Below, one piece after another: positions 18,927 to 28,694 of a DNA stretch of 64,000 bases. The stretch is taken from positions 10,059 to 74,058 of the forward strand of contig CAMZAE010000002.1 in the NCBI GenBank assembly GCA_947304115.1, read 5' to 3'. Made by a program: the position numbers and the translations under genes. Every line of letters begins with the position of its first letter. Position 1 is the stretch's first letter. The notes under the pieces were generated by a model. That model ran no database searches and was not told the DNA's origin. It saw only the letters and a program-made list of their open reading frames with translations. Source of the stretch: an uncultured Prevotellaceae bacterium (GTDB lineage Bacteria > Bacteroidota > Bacteroidia > Bacteroidales > Bacteroidaceae).

Positions 18927-19334
18927 TTATGTTTCCTTTTGGAATACATAATCGAAATTAACGCCATTGCTGGCTGTCCCTTTCCAAATCATTTTGCTAC
19001 CACTGATTGAGACTGTCACAACGAATGTGGAGCCACTAACGCTCTTTGCAGTTATCTTATTGCCATTGGTTGTGTAGGTGCCATTATATCCAAAATTACT
19101 GGAAGTTGATGTATATGTGCCGTTATTGTTAATTGTGATTTCCGCACCAACAAGCAGACCTGTTTGAGAATAGCCCTGATAGGTGTCCGTACTCTGAATA
19201 CACATCCATGTGCCAATAGCGTCGTTGATGTTGAAAGGCGAATCATTACTTTCATCGTCTTTGCTACTACAGGCAATTGTCATAGGTAGTACTAACAACA
19301 GGAGCAATGCCGCCCATAAATTTCTTTTTTTCAT
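18927..19334 (-). CDS. Lipocalin-like domain lipoprotein (small, 135 aa)
   Basis: It has a lipobox (PMTIACSS), a GTWMC.. motif and a repetitive beta-strand pattern like Lipocalin_4 / DUF4923 proteins. Confidence 0.6.
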   Translation of the reverse strand: MKKRNLWAALLLLLVLPMTIACSSKDDESNDSPFNINDAIGTWMCIQSTDTYQGYSQTGLLVGAEITINNNGTYTSTSSNFGYNGTYTTNGNKITAKSVSGSTFVVTVSISGSKMIWKGTASNGVNFDYVFQKET

Positions 19335-20090
19335 ATTTTTAGTTATCTACTCTTGCCCTCCAGCACCAAAAGGACGGTTTAATTATACATGGAAGCGTGG
19401 CACTGTATGCCAATCTTCTGATAGAGGTCGTGAGAATTACCTTGGAATGTAGAAAGACAATGCAGTCCACGCTATACGCGCGAACCGTTAACACCGTCCT
19501 TGCATTCCTTAGAAGTTTCTCACGTTTCTATCAGCAAGTCGAGCATAACGCTTCGTTTTTTTCAATAAGATAGTGCTTTCCTTTCGGATTGCTCTGCAAA
19601 GGTACGATTTCTTTTTGAAAAGGCAATACTTCGGCCCTGTTTTATCTCAAAAAGAACAAAAAGTGACGTGAAAGGTTCTTTTTCCTCTGAAAGCCTAATC
19701 GGGAATAATCTTTACAAAAAAATGAGACGAAAAGCAAGGAGGTTGCCAGTGCGAGACGAGGCGTTTTTCAACGCCGCACTGGGCGTTGGCCAACGCTCCA
19801 CGTTGCGTTTGCAATTTCCCTGTGCTGCGTTGGGTAATTCCCCACGTCGGATTTCGAGCAAAACTATGTGGAATTTGGCATCTCCAAGTAACAAACTTGT
19901 CCTTTCTTTGCTTTGCGCGTCAAAAACCATCTTTGTAACTTGCTGATTGTCATTGGCAATTCGATTTAAGCCATTATTTTGCATTTGGAGTGGAAAAGTG
20001 CCACAGAAGTAAAAAGAGGCCGTCTGAGAGCCTGTTCCGGGGAAGAATTTTTACAAAATCGGCTAAATAAGCGGTCACATGGAAGTTCCC
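19335..20090. repeat. Inverted repeat copy A (leader/upstream region of the lipocalin-like gene)
   Basis: It is the reverse complement of 49503..50263. A core of about 245 nt (about 19580..19822) is identical by eye, and the flanks are diverged. Confidence 0.9.
19597..19604 (-). promoter_or_regulatory. -7 box TACCTTTG (on the - strand) driving the lipocalin-like gene
   Basis: An exact TAnnTTTG match. It implies a 5' leader of about 250 nt to the ATG at 19334. Confidence 0.45.
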
Positions 20091-20163
20091 TCGTTTAGGG
20101 TGTCTTTGTTATATGTATAGTAAGATTTTCTCATATCTTCTTTTTTTTCTCTTATATTATTAG

Positions 20164-20171
20164 TATCTTTG
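20164..20171 (+). promoter_or_regulatory. -7 box TATCTTTG upstream of the purM-like gene
   Basis: An exact TAnnTTTG match about 32 nt upstream of the ATG at 20203. Confidence 0.5.
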
Positions 20172-20202
20172 CGCACAGAAATAAGAGCCACAAAGCACAG
20201 AT

Positions 20203-21381
20203 ATGAACAATCAACGCTATATGATGCGCGGCGTGAGTGCCGCAAAGGAGGATGTCCACAATGCTATCAAGAATATCGACAAGGGCATCTTCCCGCAGGC
20301 CTTTTGCAAGATAATCCCTGACATACTTGGGGGTGATTCTGCGTACTGCAACATCATGCACGCCGACGGTGCCGGCACGAAGTCGAGCCTCGCCTATATG
20401 TATTGGAAGGAGACGGGCGACTTGAGCGTCTGGAAAGGCATTGCCCAGGATGCACTCATTATGAACACCGACGACCTGCTCTGCGTGGGTGCCGTCGATA
20501 ACATACTGGTTTCCTCCACCATCGGGCGCAACAAAATGCTCATTCCGGGCGAGGTCATCTCGGCCATCATCAACGGAACGGACGAACTGATGCAGGAACT
20601 TCGGGACATGGGCATCGGCATTTATGGCACCGGCGGTGAGACGGCCGACGTGGGCGACCTCGTGAGGACCATCATCGTGGATAGCACGGTGACGTGCCGC
20701 ATGAAGCGGAGCGACGTCATCGACAATGCCAACATCCGTCCGGGCGATGTCATCGTGGGACTCTCTTCCTGTGGACAAGCCACTTACGAGAAGGAGTACA
20801 ACGGCGGCATGGGCAGCAATGGCTTGACCTCCGCCCGTCACGATGTATTCAGCAAGTATTTGGCGGAGAAGTACCCAGAGAGCTACGACCACAACGTGCC
20901 AGAGGAGTTGGTGTATAGCGGACGTTATCGCTTAAATGAAGAATCAATCTTCACTCTTAATTCTTCATTGCCAAATGTTGGCAAGCTCGTCCTTTCCCCC
21001 ACACGAACCTATGCTCCTGTCGTGAAGAGGATGCTCGACGAGATGCGTCCGAAGATTCACGGCATGGTGCATTGCACCGGTGGCGCACAGACGAAGGTGC
21101 TGCACTTCGTGGGCGAAAACTGCCGCGTCGTCAAGGACAACATGTTCCCCGTGCCGCCACTCTTCAAGATAATCCAGGAATGCAGCGGCACCGACTGGGC
21201 AGAGATGTACAAGGTCTTCAACATGGGGCATCGTCTCGAGGTATATGTCGCTCCCGAAGATGCCGAGAAGGTCATCAGCATCAGCAAGGGCTTCAACATC
21301 GACGCACAAGTGGTCGGTCGCATAGAAGAGGGCAAGAAGAGCCTCCTCATCAAGAGCGAGAATGGGGAGTTTGAGTATTGA
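20203..21381 (+). CDS. purM: AIR synthase-related protein / phosphoribosylformylglycinamidine cyclo-ligase (Bacteroidota type)
   Basis: It has PurM-like N- and C-terminal domains (..IMHADGAGTKSSLAY.., ..HCTGGAQTKVL..) and is 392 aa. It contains the short word insert ..FTLNSSL.. at 20947..20970. Confidence 0.75.
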   Translation: MNNQRYMMRGVSAAKEDVHNAIKNIDKGIFPQAFCKIIPDILGGDSAYCNIMHADGAGTKSSLAYMYWKETGDLSVWKGIAQDALIMNTDDLLCVGAVDNILVSSTIGRNKMLIPGEVISAIINGTDELMQELRDMGIGIYGTGGETADVGDLVRTIIVDSTVTCRMKRSDVIDNANIRPGDVIVGLSSCGQATYEKEYNGGMGSNGLTSARHDVFSKYLAEKYPESYDHNVPEELVYSGRYRLNEESIFTLNSSLPNVGKLVLSPTRTYAPVVKRMLDEMRPKIHGMVHCTGGAQTKVLHFVGENCRVVKDNMFPVPPLFKIIQECSGTDWAEMYKVFNMGHRLEVYVAPEDAEKVISISKGFNIDAQVVGRIEEGKKSLLIKSENGEFEY

Positions 21382-21435
21382 CCTCATCGACAAATCGTAG
21401 TACCGTTATGACGTTATAACGAAAAAAAATGAAAC

Positions 21436-22548
21436 ATGGCAGAAAGCAACAGCCTATTAGATAAATTGGACGGCCTGGTGAGCCGCTTCGAGGAGGTCAG
21501 CACACTGATTACCGATCCTGCGGTCATCGCTGACCAGAAGCGATACGTCAAGCTCACAAAGGAGTACAAGGACTTGGGGAAAATTGTCGAGGCACGGAAA
21601 GCGTACATCGGCTGCCTGCAGAATGTGGAGGACGCGAAGGAAATGCTTGCCGTCGAGGAAGATGCCGAGACGAAGGAGATGCTGCGCGAAGAACTCTCCG
21701 AGAGCGAGAAGCGCATCCCTGAACTGGAGGAAGAGATAAAGCTCCTGCTTGTGCCTGCCGACCCGGAGGACGACAAGAACATTGTCCTCGAGATACGTGG
21801 CGGCACAGGCGGCGACGAGGCAGCCCTCTTTGCGGGCGACCTCTTCCGCATGTACTCGAAGTTCTTTGAAATGAAAGGCTGGAAGATGGCGGTCAGCAGC
21901 TACAGCGAAGGTGCCGTCGGCGGCTTCAAGGAGATTGTCTGCTCCGTGACGGGCGAAGGCGTCTATGGCATTATGAAGTACGAGAGCGGCGTGCATCGCG
22001 TGCAGCGCGTGCCGGTTACTGAGACACAAGGCCGCGTGCATACCTCCGCCGCAACAGTAGCTGTGTTGCCCGAGGCGCAGGAGTTCGATGTGGAAATCAA
22101 TGAGGGCGCCATCAAGTGGGACACCTTTCGAAGCAGCGGCGCAGGCGGGCAGAACGTCAACAAAGTGGAGTCCGGCGTCCGTGCCCGTTACATCTGGCGC
22201 AACCCCTTTACCAATCAGGACGAGGAGATACTGGTGGAATGTACCGAGACACGCGACCAGCCGAAGAACAAGGAACGCGCCCTTGCCCGTCTCCGCACCT
22301 TTATCTATGATAAGGAACATCAGAAGTACCTCGACGACATCGCCTCGAAGCGCAAGACGATGGTCTCGACAGGCGACCGCTCGGCAAAGATACGCACCTA
22401 CAACTATCCCCAAGGCCGCATCACCGACCACCGCATCGGGTACACCATCTACAACCTCCCTGCCTTCATGGACGGCAACATCCAGGACTGCATCGACCAC
22501 CTCATCGTCGCCGAAAACGCAGAAAGACTCAAAGAATCGGAGCTTTAA
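21436..22548 (+). CDS. prfA: Peptide chain release factor 1
   Basis: It has the GGQ motif (SGAGGQNVNKVES) and the PVT tripeptide anticodon motif (RVPVTETQGR), which is specific for RF1. Confidence 0.95.
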   Translation: MAESNSLLDKLDGLVSRFEEVSTLITDPAVIADQKRYVKLTKEYKDLGKIVEARKAYIGCLQNVEDAKEMLAVEEDAETKEMLREELSESEKRIPELEEEIKLLLVPADPEDDKNIVLEIRGGTGGDEAALFAGDLFRMYSKFFEMKGWKMAVSSYSEGAVGGFKEIVCSVTGEGVYGIMKYESGVHRVQRVPVTETQGRVHTSAATVAVLPEAQEFDVEINEGAIKWDTFRSSGAGGQNVNKVESGVRARYIWRNPFTNQDEEILVECTETRDQPKNKERALARLRTFIYDKEHQKYLDDIASKRKTMVSTGDRSAKIRTYNYPQGRITDHRIGYTIYNLPAFMDGNIQDCIDHLIVAENAERLKESEL

Positions 22549-22560
22549 AATAGAATCACA

Positions 22561-22812
22561 ATGATTAAAATGGGACTATTCAAGGACATTAAAGAAGAAT
22601 GGACATGGGCGGGCATTAAGAAGTCGCTGAAGGAAGAATGGATTGACCTCCTGGCAATAGCCATTACGGGAGGTTTCACTCCAAGTATTCTTCAATGGTT
22701 AGGATGGCCGAACAACTTCTGGACTTTCTTCATCGTGTTCTTCGTCATTGCAATTGTCGTAGGAATCGTGATAGGTTTTGCTATGCGTCTCATCAAAAAG
22801 ATTAAGAAATGA
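22561..22812 (+). CDS. Small membrane protein (hypothetical)
   Basis: An 83-aa ORF with two hydrophobic helices. Its stop overlaps the pyrF start (ATGA). Confidence 0.5.
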   Translation: MIKMGLFKDIKEEWTWAGIKKSLKEEWIDLLAIAITGGFTPSILQWLGWPNNFWTFFIVFFVIAIVVGIVIGFAMRLIKKIKK

Positions 22813-23660
22813 CCAGACAAGAATTAGTTGCAAACATACGGAAGAAGCAGTCTTTCCTTTGTGTCGGGCTTGATACCGACCTGAAGAAAGTGCCTGAGCA
22901 TCTGCTTGGGGAAGACGATCCTATATTTGCCTTCAATAAGGCAATCATCGACGCTACGGCGCCTTATTGCGTGGCTTACAAGCCCAACTTGGCTTTCTAC
23001 GAGGCATTCGGCGTGAAGGGGTTGATGGCTTTCGAGAAGACGGTGAAGTACTTGAAGCAGAACTATCCCGACCAGTTCATCATCGCCGACGCTAAGCGGG
23101 GCGACATAGGCAACACCAGCCAGATGTATGCCCGCACGTTCTTCGGAGAATATAATGTCGATGCGCTGACCGTTGCTCCCTATATGGGCGAGGACAGTGT
23201 GACACCTTTCATCCTGCCTCCCTCCGTCTCCCCCGAGGGGGAGGGCAAAAAGAACCACTGGGTTATCCTGTTGGCTTTGACCAGCAACAAGGGTTCGTTT
23301 GACTTCCAGCTTATGGAGGACAAGGACGGCGAGCGTCTCTTTGAGAAGGTCATCCGCAAGAGCCGCGAGTGGGGCAACGACGAGAACATGATGTATGTAG
23401 TCGGTGCGACGCGAGGCGAGATGTTCCGAGACATAAGAAAGGTAGCACCGAATGCCTTCCTACTCGTGCCTGGAGTGGGCGCGCAGGGCGGCAGCCTCGA
23501 AGAGGTTTGCAAGTATGGCATGATAGAGGACTGCGGCTTGTTGGTCAACAGCAGCCGTGCCATCATCTATGCCGACAAAACAGAGAACTTTGCACAAGTG
23601 GCAGCAGAGAAGGCCAAGGAAATGGCCGAGCAAATGGCAAAGCTAATAAATAGTAAATAA
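22809..23660 (+). CDS. pyrF: Orotidine 5'-phosphate decarboxylase (type 2)
   Basis: It has the [10 protein letters not shown] active-site motif. It carries an in-frame G/C-hairpin insert (..[10 protein letters not shown]..) at 23216..23246. Confidence 0.9.
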   Translation: MTRQELVANIRKKQSFLCVGLDTDLKKVPEHLLGEDDPIFAFNKAIIDATAPYCVAYKPNLAFYEAFGVKGLMAFEKTVKYLKQNYPDQFIIADAKRGDIGNTSQMYARTFFGEYNVDALTVAPYMGEDSVTPFILPPSVSPEGEGKKNHWVILLALTSNKGSFDFQLMEDKDGERLFEKVIRKSREWGNDENMMYVVGATRGEMFRDIRKVAPNAFLLVPGVGAQGGSLEEVCKYGMIEDCGLLVNSSRAIIYADKTENFAQVAAEKAKEMAEQMAKLINSK

Positions 23661-23686
23661 TAAATCGTCAAATAGTAAATATAAAG

Positions 23687-24730
23687 GTGGAATTTACAGC
23701 GCAAATGATAGCAGGGCTGATAGGCGGCACCGTCGTGGGCAACCCTGAGACAAAAGTCAACAACTTCGCAAAGATAGAGGAGGGCAAGCCAGGCTGCATC
23801 AGTTTCCTTGCCAACGACAAGTACGAGCAGTACATCTATGGGACAGAGAGCAGCATCGTACTCGTCAACGAGAACTTCGAGCCAAAGCAGGAGATAAAGG
23901 CAACCCTTATCAAGGTGCCTAATGCCCGCGAGGCCGTGGCAAAGCTCTTGCAGATATACGAGAGCATGAAACCCAAGCGGGAGGGCATCAGCGACCTTGC
24001 CTTCATCCATCCGTCGGCAAAGATTGGTGAGAAGTGCTACATCGGTCCCTTCGTTGCCATAGCCGAAGGTGTGGAGATAGGAGAGGGTTGCGTCTTGCAT
24101 CCGCATGTCACGATTGGCAGGAACGCCAAAGTCGGCGCGAACACAGAAATATACAGCAATGCTGTCATCTATCACGACTGTCTGGTGGGCAACCGCTGTG
24201 TGCTCCATGCCGGCTGCGTCATCGGTGCCGACGGCTTTGGTTTTGAGCCTACCGAAGAAGGTTACAAGAAGATTCCTCAGATAGGCATTGCTATCATTGA
24301 GGACGATGTGGAGATAGGTGCCAATAGTTGTGTCGATAGAGCCGTCATGGGCGCGACCATCGTGCATAGCGGTGTGAAGATAGACAATCTGGTGCAGATA
24401 GCCCACAACGATGAGATAGGCAGCCACACTGTCATGTCGGCACAGGTTGGCATCGCAGGCAGCACGAAGGTAGGGGAGTGGTGTATGTTCGGCGGACAGG
24501 TCGGCATCGCAGGCCATGCCACGATAGCCAATCGTGTGATGGCAGGCGCACAGGCAGGCATTCCTAACAACATCAAGAAAGAAGGCGCTGCTGTGCAGGG
24601 AACACCAGCCATCGAGGGCCGCAACTTCTGGAAGAGCAGTGCCATATTCAAGAACCTTCCCGACATGTGGGCAGACATGAATGAGATGAAAAAGGAAATA
24701 AGACGGCTTAAAGAACTTTTGGAGAAATAA
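23687..24730 (+). CDS. lpxD: UDP-3-O-acylglucosamine N-acyltransferase
   Basis: It has the LpxD N-terminal domain and hexapeptide-repeat left-handed beta helix. It uses a GTG start and lies in the lpxD-lpxC/fabZ-lpxA cluster. Confidence 0.9.
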   Translation: MEFTAQMIAGLIGGTVVGNPETKVNNFAKIEEGKPGCISFLANDKYEQYIYGTESSIVLVNENFEPKQEIKATLIKVPNAREAVAKLLQIYESMKPKREGISDLAFIHPSAKIGEKCYIGPFVAIAEGVEIGEGCVLHPHVTIGRNAKVGANTEIYSNAVIYHDCLVGNRCVLHAGCVIGADGFGFEPTEEGYKKIPQIGIAIIEDDVEIGANSCVDRAVMGATIVHSGVKIDNLVQIAHNDEIGSHTVMSAQVGIAGSTKVGEWCMFGGQVGIAGHATIANRVMAGAQAGIPNNIKKEGAAVQGTPAIEGRNFWKSSAIFKNLPDMWADMNEMKKEIRRLKELLEK

Positions 24731-24965
24731 TCCCGAATCCTTAGCCTGCATCCCTTCTCTTTTAGGGAGAAATCATATCTCATTGATGAGTGATTCTTAG
24801 ATTGCAGCTTGCGTCTGTAAGGATGCAAGCTGCGATTGTCAAGACGCAACCTGCGATGATGCAAACGCAAGTTGCGTTTCAAGATTTATCAGTACAAGAC
24901 AAGGTTTTTTATAATGTGAGAAATGAAAAGGTAGCAAAAGGTTTGGTGCTTTGATGAAAAATATG

Positions 24966-24973
24966 TACTTTTG
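24966..24973 (+). promoter_or_regulatory. -7 box TACTTTTG upstream of lpxC/fabZ
   Basis: An exact TAnnTTTG match. It overlaps the ORF-track start at 24971, which favours the ATG at 25004. Confidence 0.5.
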
Positions 24974-25003
24974 CAAAGACGTAACAATATAAAGTCAAGG
25001 CTA

Positions 25004-26389
25004 ATGTTAAAGCAAAATACACTTCAAGAAAGTTTTTCGCTTTGTGGTAAAGGTCTTCATACAGGACTAAAACTGACGGTAACATTCTTGCCAGCACCGG
25101 CAGGATACGGCTATAAGATACAGCGAACCGACATGCCCGGACAGCCCATTATGGATGCTGTGGCAGAGAATGTCGTTGACACGCAGCGCGGCACCGTTTT
25201 GGGCAAAGGCAAGATGCGCTGCAGCACGGTGGAACATGCCTTGGCAGCCTTCTATGCTTTGGGCATTGACAATGTCCTCATCCAGGTTGACGGGCCGGAG
25301 TTCCCTATTTTGGACGGTAGCGCAGAACCATTTGTCCGTGAGATACAACGTGTCGGCATTGCTGAGCAGGACGCACCGAAGGACTATTACTACATTACCA
25401 AGAAGATGGAGTTCCGCGACGACAAGACCGGTGCCTGTATCACACTTCTTCCCGACGAGGACTTCTCCATCACGAGTATGATTGCCTTCGACGGCAAGGT
25501 GCTCAGCAGCCAGTTTGCCACGCTCGACAGCATGGATAAGTTCGTGACCGAAGTGGCAGCGGCCCGTACCTTTGTTTTTGTGCGCGAGATAGAGCAATTG
25601 CTTATGGCCGGTCTTATCAAAGGCGGAGACTTGGACAATGCCATCGTTATCTACGAGCGACAGACCACCCAGGAGAATCTCGACAAGCTATGCAAACTGA
25701 CAGGTGCTGAACACCATGATGCCGCAGACCTCGGCTACATTCAGCACAAGCCTTTGGTCTGGGACAATGAGCCTGCCCGCCACAAACTGCTTGACATTGT
25801 CGGCGACATGGCACTCATCGGCAAGCCCATCAAGGGACGCATCATTGCCACACGGCCAGGGCATACAATCAATAATATGTTTGCGCGCATGATGCGCAAG
25901 GAAATCCGCAAGCACGAAGTTCAGGCTCCGAAATACGATCCCAATCAGACGCCCTTGATGGATGTGGCTGAAATAAGAAAGCTGTTGCCCCATCGCTATC
26001 CCATGCAGTTGGTCGATAAGGTAATTGACATCAAAGAGAACAGCATCGTGGCAGTCAAAAATGTGACGAGCAACGAACCTTTCTTCCAAGGGCACTTCCC
26101 AAACGAACCTGTCATGCCAGGTGTGTTGCTGATAGAGGCGATGGCGCAGACAGGAGGGATTCTTGTCCTGCATGACAAAGAGCACCCCGATACGTACAGC
26201 ACATATTTCCTGCACATTGACAATGTCAAGTTCCGCCAGAAGGTCGTGCCTGGCGACACGCTGATATTCCGCGTGGACTTGGTGTCGCCTCTCCGCCACA
26301 GCATCGGAACGATGCAAGGCTACGCTTTTATCGGTGAGAATTGTGTAGCAGAGGCAACTTTTACTGCGCAGGTCGTCAATAACAAGTAG
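25004..26389 (+). CDS. lpxC/fabZ: Bifunctional UDP-3-O-acyl-GlcNAc deacetylase / 3-hydroxyacyl-ACP dehydratase
   Basis: The N-terminal LpxC region (..GKGLHTG..) is fused to a C-terminal FabZ hot-dog domain (..FFQGHFPNEPVMPGVL..). This fusion is typical of Bacteroidota. Confidence 0.95.
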   Translation: MLKQNTLQESFSLCGKGLHTGLKLTVTFLPAPAGYGYKIQRTDMPGQPIMDAVAENVVDTQRGTVLGKGKMRCSTVEHALAAFYALGIDNVLIQVDGPEFPILDGSAEPFVREIQRVGIAEQDAPKDYYYITKKMEFRDDKTGACITLLPDEDFSITSMIAFDGKVLSSQFATLDSMDKFVTEVAAARTFVFVREIEQLLMAGLIKGGDLDNAIVIYERQTTQENLDKLCKLTGAEHHDAADLGYIQHKPLVWDNEPARHKLLDIVGDMALIGKPIKGRIIATRPGHTINNMFARMMRKEIRKHEVQAPKYDPNQTPLMDVAEIRKLLPHRYPMQLVDKVIDIKENSIVAVKNVTSNEPFFQGHFPNEPVMPGVLLIEAMAQTGGILVLHDKEHPDTYSTYFLHIDNVKFRQKVVPGDTLIFRVDLVSPLRHSIGTMQGYAFIGENCVAEATFTAQVVNNK

Positions 26390-26453
26390 CCTCCTCTGTC
26401 TCTCGCCTGAGTGGGGAGAAATAAATTGTAAACAGTAAATCGTCAAATTGTAA

Positions 26454-27227
26454 ATGAATATGATAAGTCCCCTGGCATACATACATCCTGACGCCATTAT
26501 CGGCGAGAATTGCGAGATAGGTCCTTTCTGCTATATTGACAAAGGCGTAGTCATTGGTGACAACAACACCTTAATGAACAGTGTGACGGTGCTCTACGGC
26601 GCCCGCATCGGCAATGGCAACATCTTCTTCCCCGGAGCCGTCATCAGCGCAATCCCACAGGACTTGAAGTTCCGAGGCGAAGAGAGCACGGCAGAGATAG
26701 GTGACAATAACAAGATACGCGAGAACGTGACCATCAATCGCGGCACAGCAGCCAAGGGACGTACCATTGTCGGCAACGACAACCTGCTTATGGAGGGCGC
26801 TCATGTGGCTCACGATGCCATCATCGGCAACGGTTGCATCATCGGCAACAGCACAAAACTTGCCGGTGAGATAGTCATTGATGACTACGCCATTTTGAGT
26901 GCTGGCGTGCTGATGCATCAGTTCTGCCGCGTGGGAAGCTATACGATGGTTGGCGGCGGCACGCGCTTCTCGCAGAACGTCCTGCCTTTCAGCCTTGTGG
27001 CACGCGAGCCTGCCGCTTTCTGCGGATTGAACACTATCGGGCTTCGTCGCAGAGGCTTCGACCGAGACCTTATCAACAATATCCACATGGCTTACCAGAT
27101 TATCCTGCAGGGTACAGGCAAGTTGAACGACCTCCTTGCCCGCGTAGAGCAGGAAATCCCCACAAGTCCAGAGATAGAGTACATTCTTGACTTCATCCGC
27201 AATAGCGACAGAGGCTTCATCAGATAA
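26454..27227 (+). CDS. lpxA: Acyl-ACP--UDP-N-acetylglucosamine O-acyltransferase
   Basis: It has a hexapeptide-repeat protein with an LpxA C-terminal helical domain, and is 257 aa. Confidence 0.9.
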   Translation: MNMISPLAYIHPDAIIGENCEIGPFCYIDKGVVIGDNNTLMNSVTVLYGARIGNGNIFFPGAVISAIPQDLKFRGEESTAEIGDNNKIRENVTINRGTAAKGRTIVGNDNLLMEGAHVAHDAIIGNGCIIGNSTKLAGEIVIDDYAILSAGVLMHQFCRVGSYTMVGGGTRFSQNVLPFSLVAREPAAFCGLNTIGLRRRGFDRDLINNIHMAYQIILQGTGKLNDLLARVEQEIPTSPEIEYILDFIRNSDRGFIR

Positions 27228-27246
27228 CAGATTCAGGTTTCAGGTT

Positions 27247-27804
27247 ATGACATTAAAGCTTACCATATTCAGTCAAGAGAAAGAGGACTTCGTGCTGGAG
27301 ATACTCATTGATAGCGATGCCAAGTTCACAGATTTGCACCAGCTAATTCTCAGCGACTGCCATTATGAAGAACACCAAAAGCAAAGCTTCCTGATATGTG
27401 ATGATGAGTGGCGCGTCAAGCAACGCATTTGCCTCAATGACAGCGATGAGGTGGGCTACGATGAAGACATCAATTTGATGTCCCGTACCCGCATTGGCGA
27501 CTTCCTTGAAGATGAAGGGCAACGTCTGGCATACATGTTTGATCCGGAGGGTAAGCGCTTCTTCCTGATGGAACTTACAGAGATGGTCTTCGGTAGGGCA
27601 GGAAGGGAAGCATTGGTGAACCGCAGGCATGGTCAAGCACCACAACAAACGAGCGGCCCCCTCCAAACCTCCCCGGGGGGAGGCTTCGAGGATGAGTCCT
27701 CCCCCTCGGGGGAGACAGAGGGGAGCCTCGATGAGGCTTTCTATGGCGACGAGGGCTTCGAGGAAGAGGAACTGGACCTCGAAGGTTATGAGATAGACGA
27801 GTGA
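27247..27804 (+). CDS. Hypothetical protein (possibly pRiA4b ORF-3-like N-terminal domain) with an acidic tail
   Basis: The start at 27247 (MTLKLTIF..) is preferred over 27187, which overlaps lpxA. The C-terminal half contains two G/C-hairpin repeat copies translated in frame (..[19 protein letters not shown]..). Confidence 0.5.
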   Translation: MTLKLTIFSQEKEDFVLEILIDSDAKFTDLHQLILSDCHYEEHQKQSFLICDDEWRVKQRICLNDSDEVGYDEDINLMSRTRIGDFLEDEGQRLAYMFDPEGKRFFLMELTEMVFGRAGREALVNRRHGQAPQQTSGPLQTSPGGGFEDESSPSGETEGSLDEAFYGDEGFEEEELDLEGYEIDE

Positions 27805-28694
27805 TGGTGCTTTATGTTCTGCTTGGTCCTACGGCTGTCGGTAAGACTGAACTCGCCTTGCAGATAGCAGAGAAACTCGGAAGCCCCATCCTGAATTGTG
27901 ACAGCCGCCAGATTTATCGGGGCATGGAAATAGGCACAGCGGCTCCCTCCAAAGAACAACAGCAAAGGGTAAGACATTATTTCATTGGCACACACGACAT
28001 AGGTTCTTACTATAGTGCCGCCCAGTACGAGCAGGATGTGCTTTCTCTCATTGAAGAACTCAGCGGCGCGCACCAATCCCTGCTGCTTTCGGGCGGAAGC
28101 ATGTTGTACCTCGACGCTGTCTGCAATGGCATAGACGACATCCCGTCGGTTGATGCAGAGATACGCGAAACCCTGCGCAAGAGGCATTTAGCAGGCAAGA
28201 TTGATGAGATGCGAAGCGAACTTCATCTGCTTGATCCGGACTATTATCTTTCTGCCGATACGCGCAACCCCAAGCGCGTCATTCATGCTCTGGAGGTCTG
28301 CTATACGACAGGTCGTCCCTACTCTTCTTTCCTGACAAAGGAGCGCAAGCAACGTCCTTTCCACGTTGTTAAGATAGGCTTGCGGCGCGAAAGGCAGGAA
28401 CTCTTCGAGCGTATCAACAAGCGCGTAGATGACATGGTGGAAGAGGGCTTGCTCGATGAAGCCCGTCGCTTATATCCTTTCCGTGGCGAGAATGCCCTCA
28501 ACACGGTGGGCTACAAAGAGCTTTTCCGTTACCTCGACGGGGAATGGGAGTTGCCTTTCGCCATCGAAAAGATAAAGAAGAACACGCGCGACTATGCCAA
28601 GAAGCAGATGACATGGTTCGCTCACGACAAAGAAATCCAGTGGTTCCATCCCAATCATGTGGCTGAAATCATTCAAATGCTAAACAGAGAATGA
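27801..28694 (+). CDS. miaA: tRNA dimethylallyltransferase
   Basis: It has the P-loop GPTAVGKT and an IPPT-family layout, and is 297 aa. Confidence 0.9.
   Translation: MMVLYVLLGPTAVGKTELALQIAEKLGSPILNCDSRQIYRGMEIGTAAPSKEQQQRVRHYFIGTHDIGSYYSAAQYEQDVLSLIEELSGAHQSLLLSGGSMLYLDAVCNGIDDIPSVDAEIRETLRKRHLAGKIDEMRSELHLLDPDYYLSADTRNPKRVIHALEVCYTTGRPYSSFLTKERKQRPFHVVKIGLRRERQELFERINKRVDDMVEEGLLDEARRLYPFRGENALNTVGYKELFRYLDGEWELPFAIEKIKKNTRDYAKKQMTWFAHDKEIQWFHPNHVAEIIQMLNRE

Noticed and set aside
19755-19770. GTGCGAGACGAGG inside the repeat core resembles a group II intron 5' end (GUGYG)
   Set aside because: There is no domain V/VI-like sequence and no reverse transcriptase/maturase ORF. The element is far too short for a group II intron.
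19668-19946. 92-aa ORFs conserved in both inverted repeat copies (19668..19946 + and 49648..49926 -), plus conserved ORFs on the opposite strand (19712..19984 and 49664..49882)
   Set aside because: The conservation is nucleotide identity of the repeat core. Both strands stay open, the start is GTG, and the composition is R/K/L/S-rich with no motifs. Where the repeats diverge, the changes are not conservative. A non-coding role is more likely, although a small protein cannot be fully excluded.
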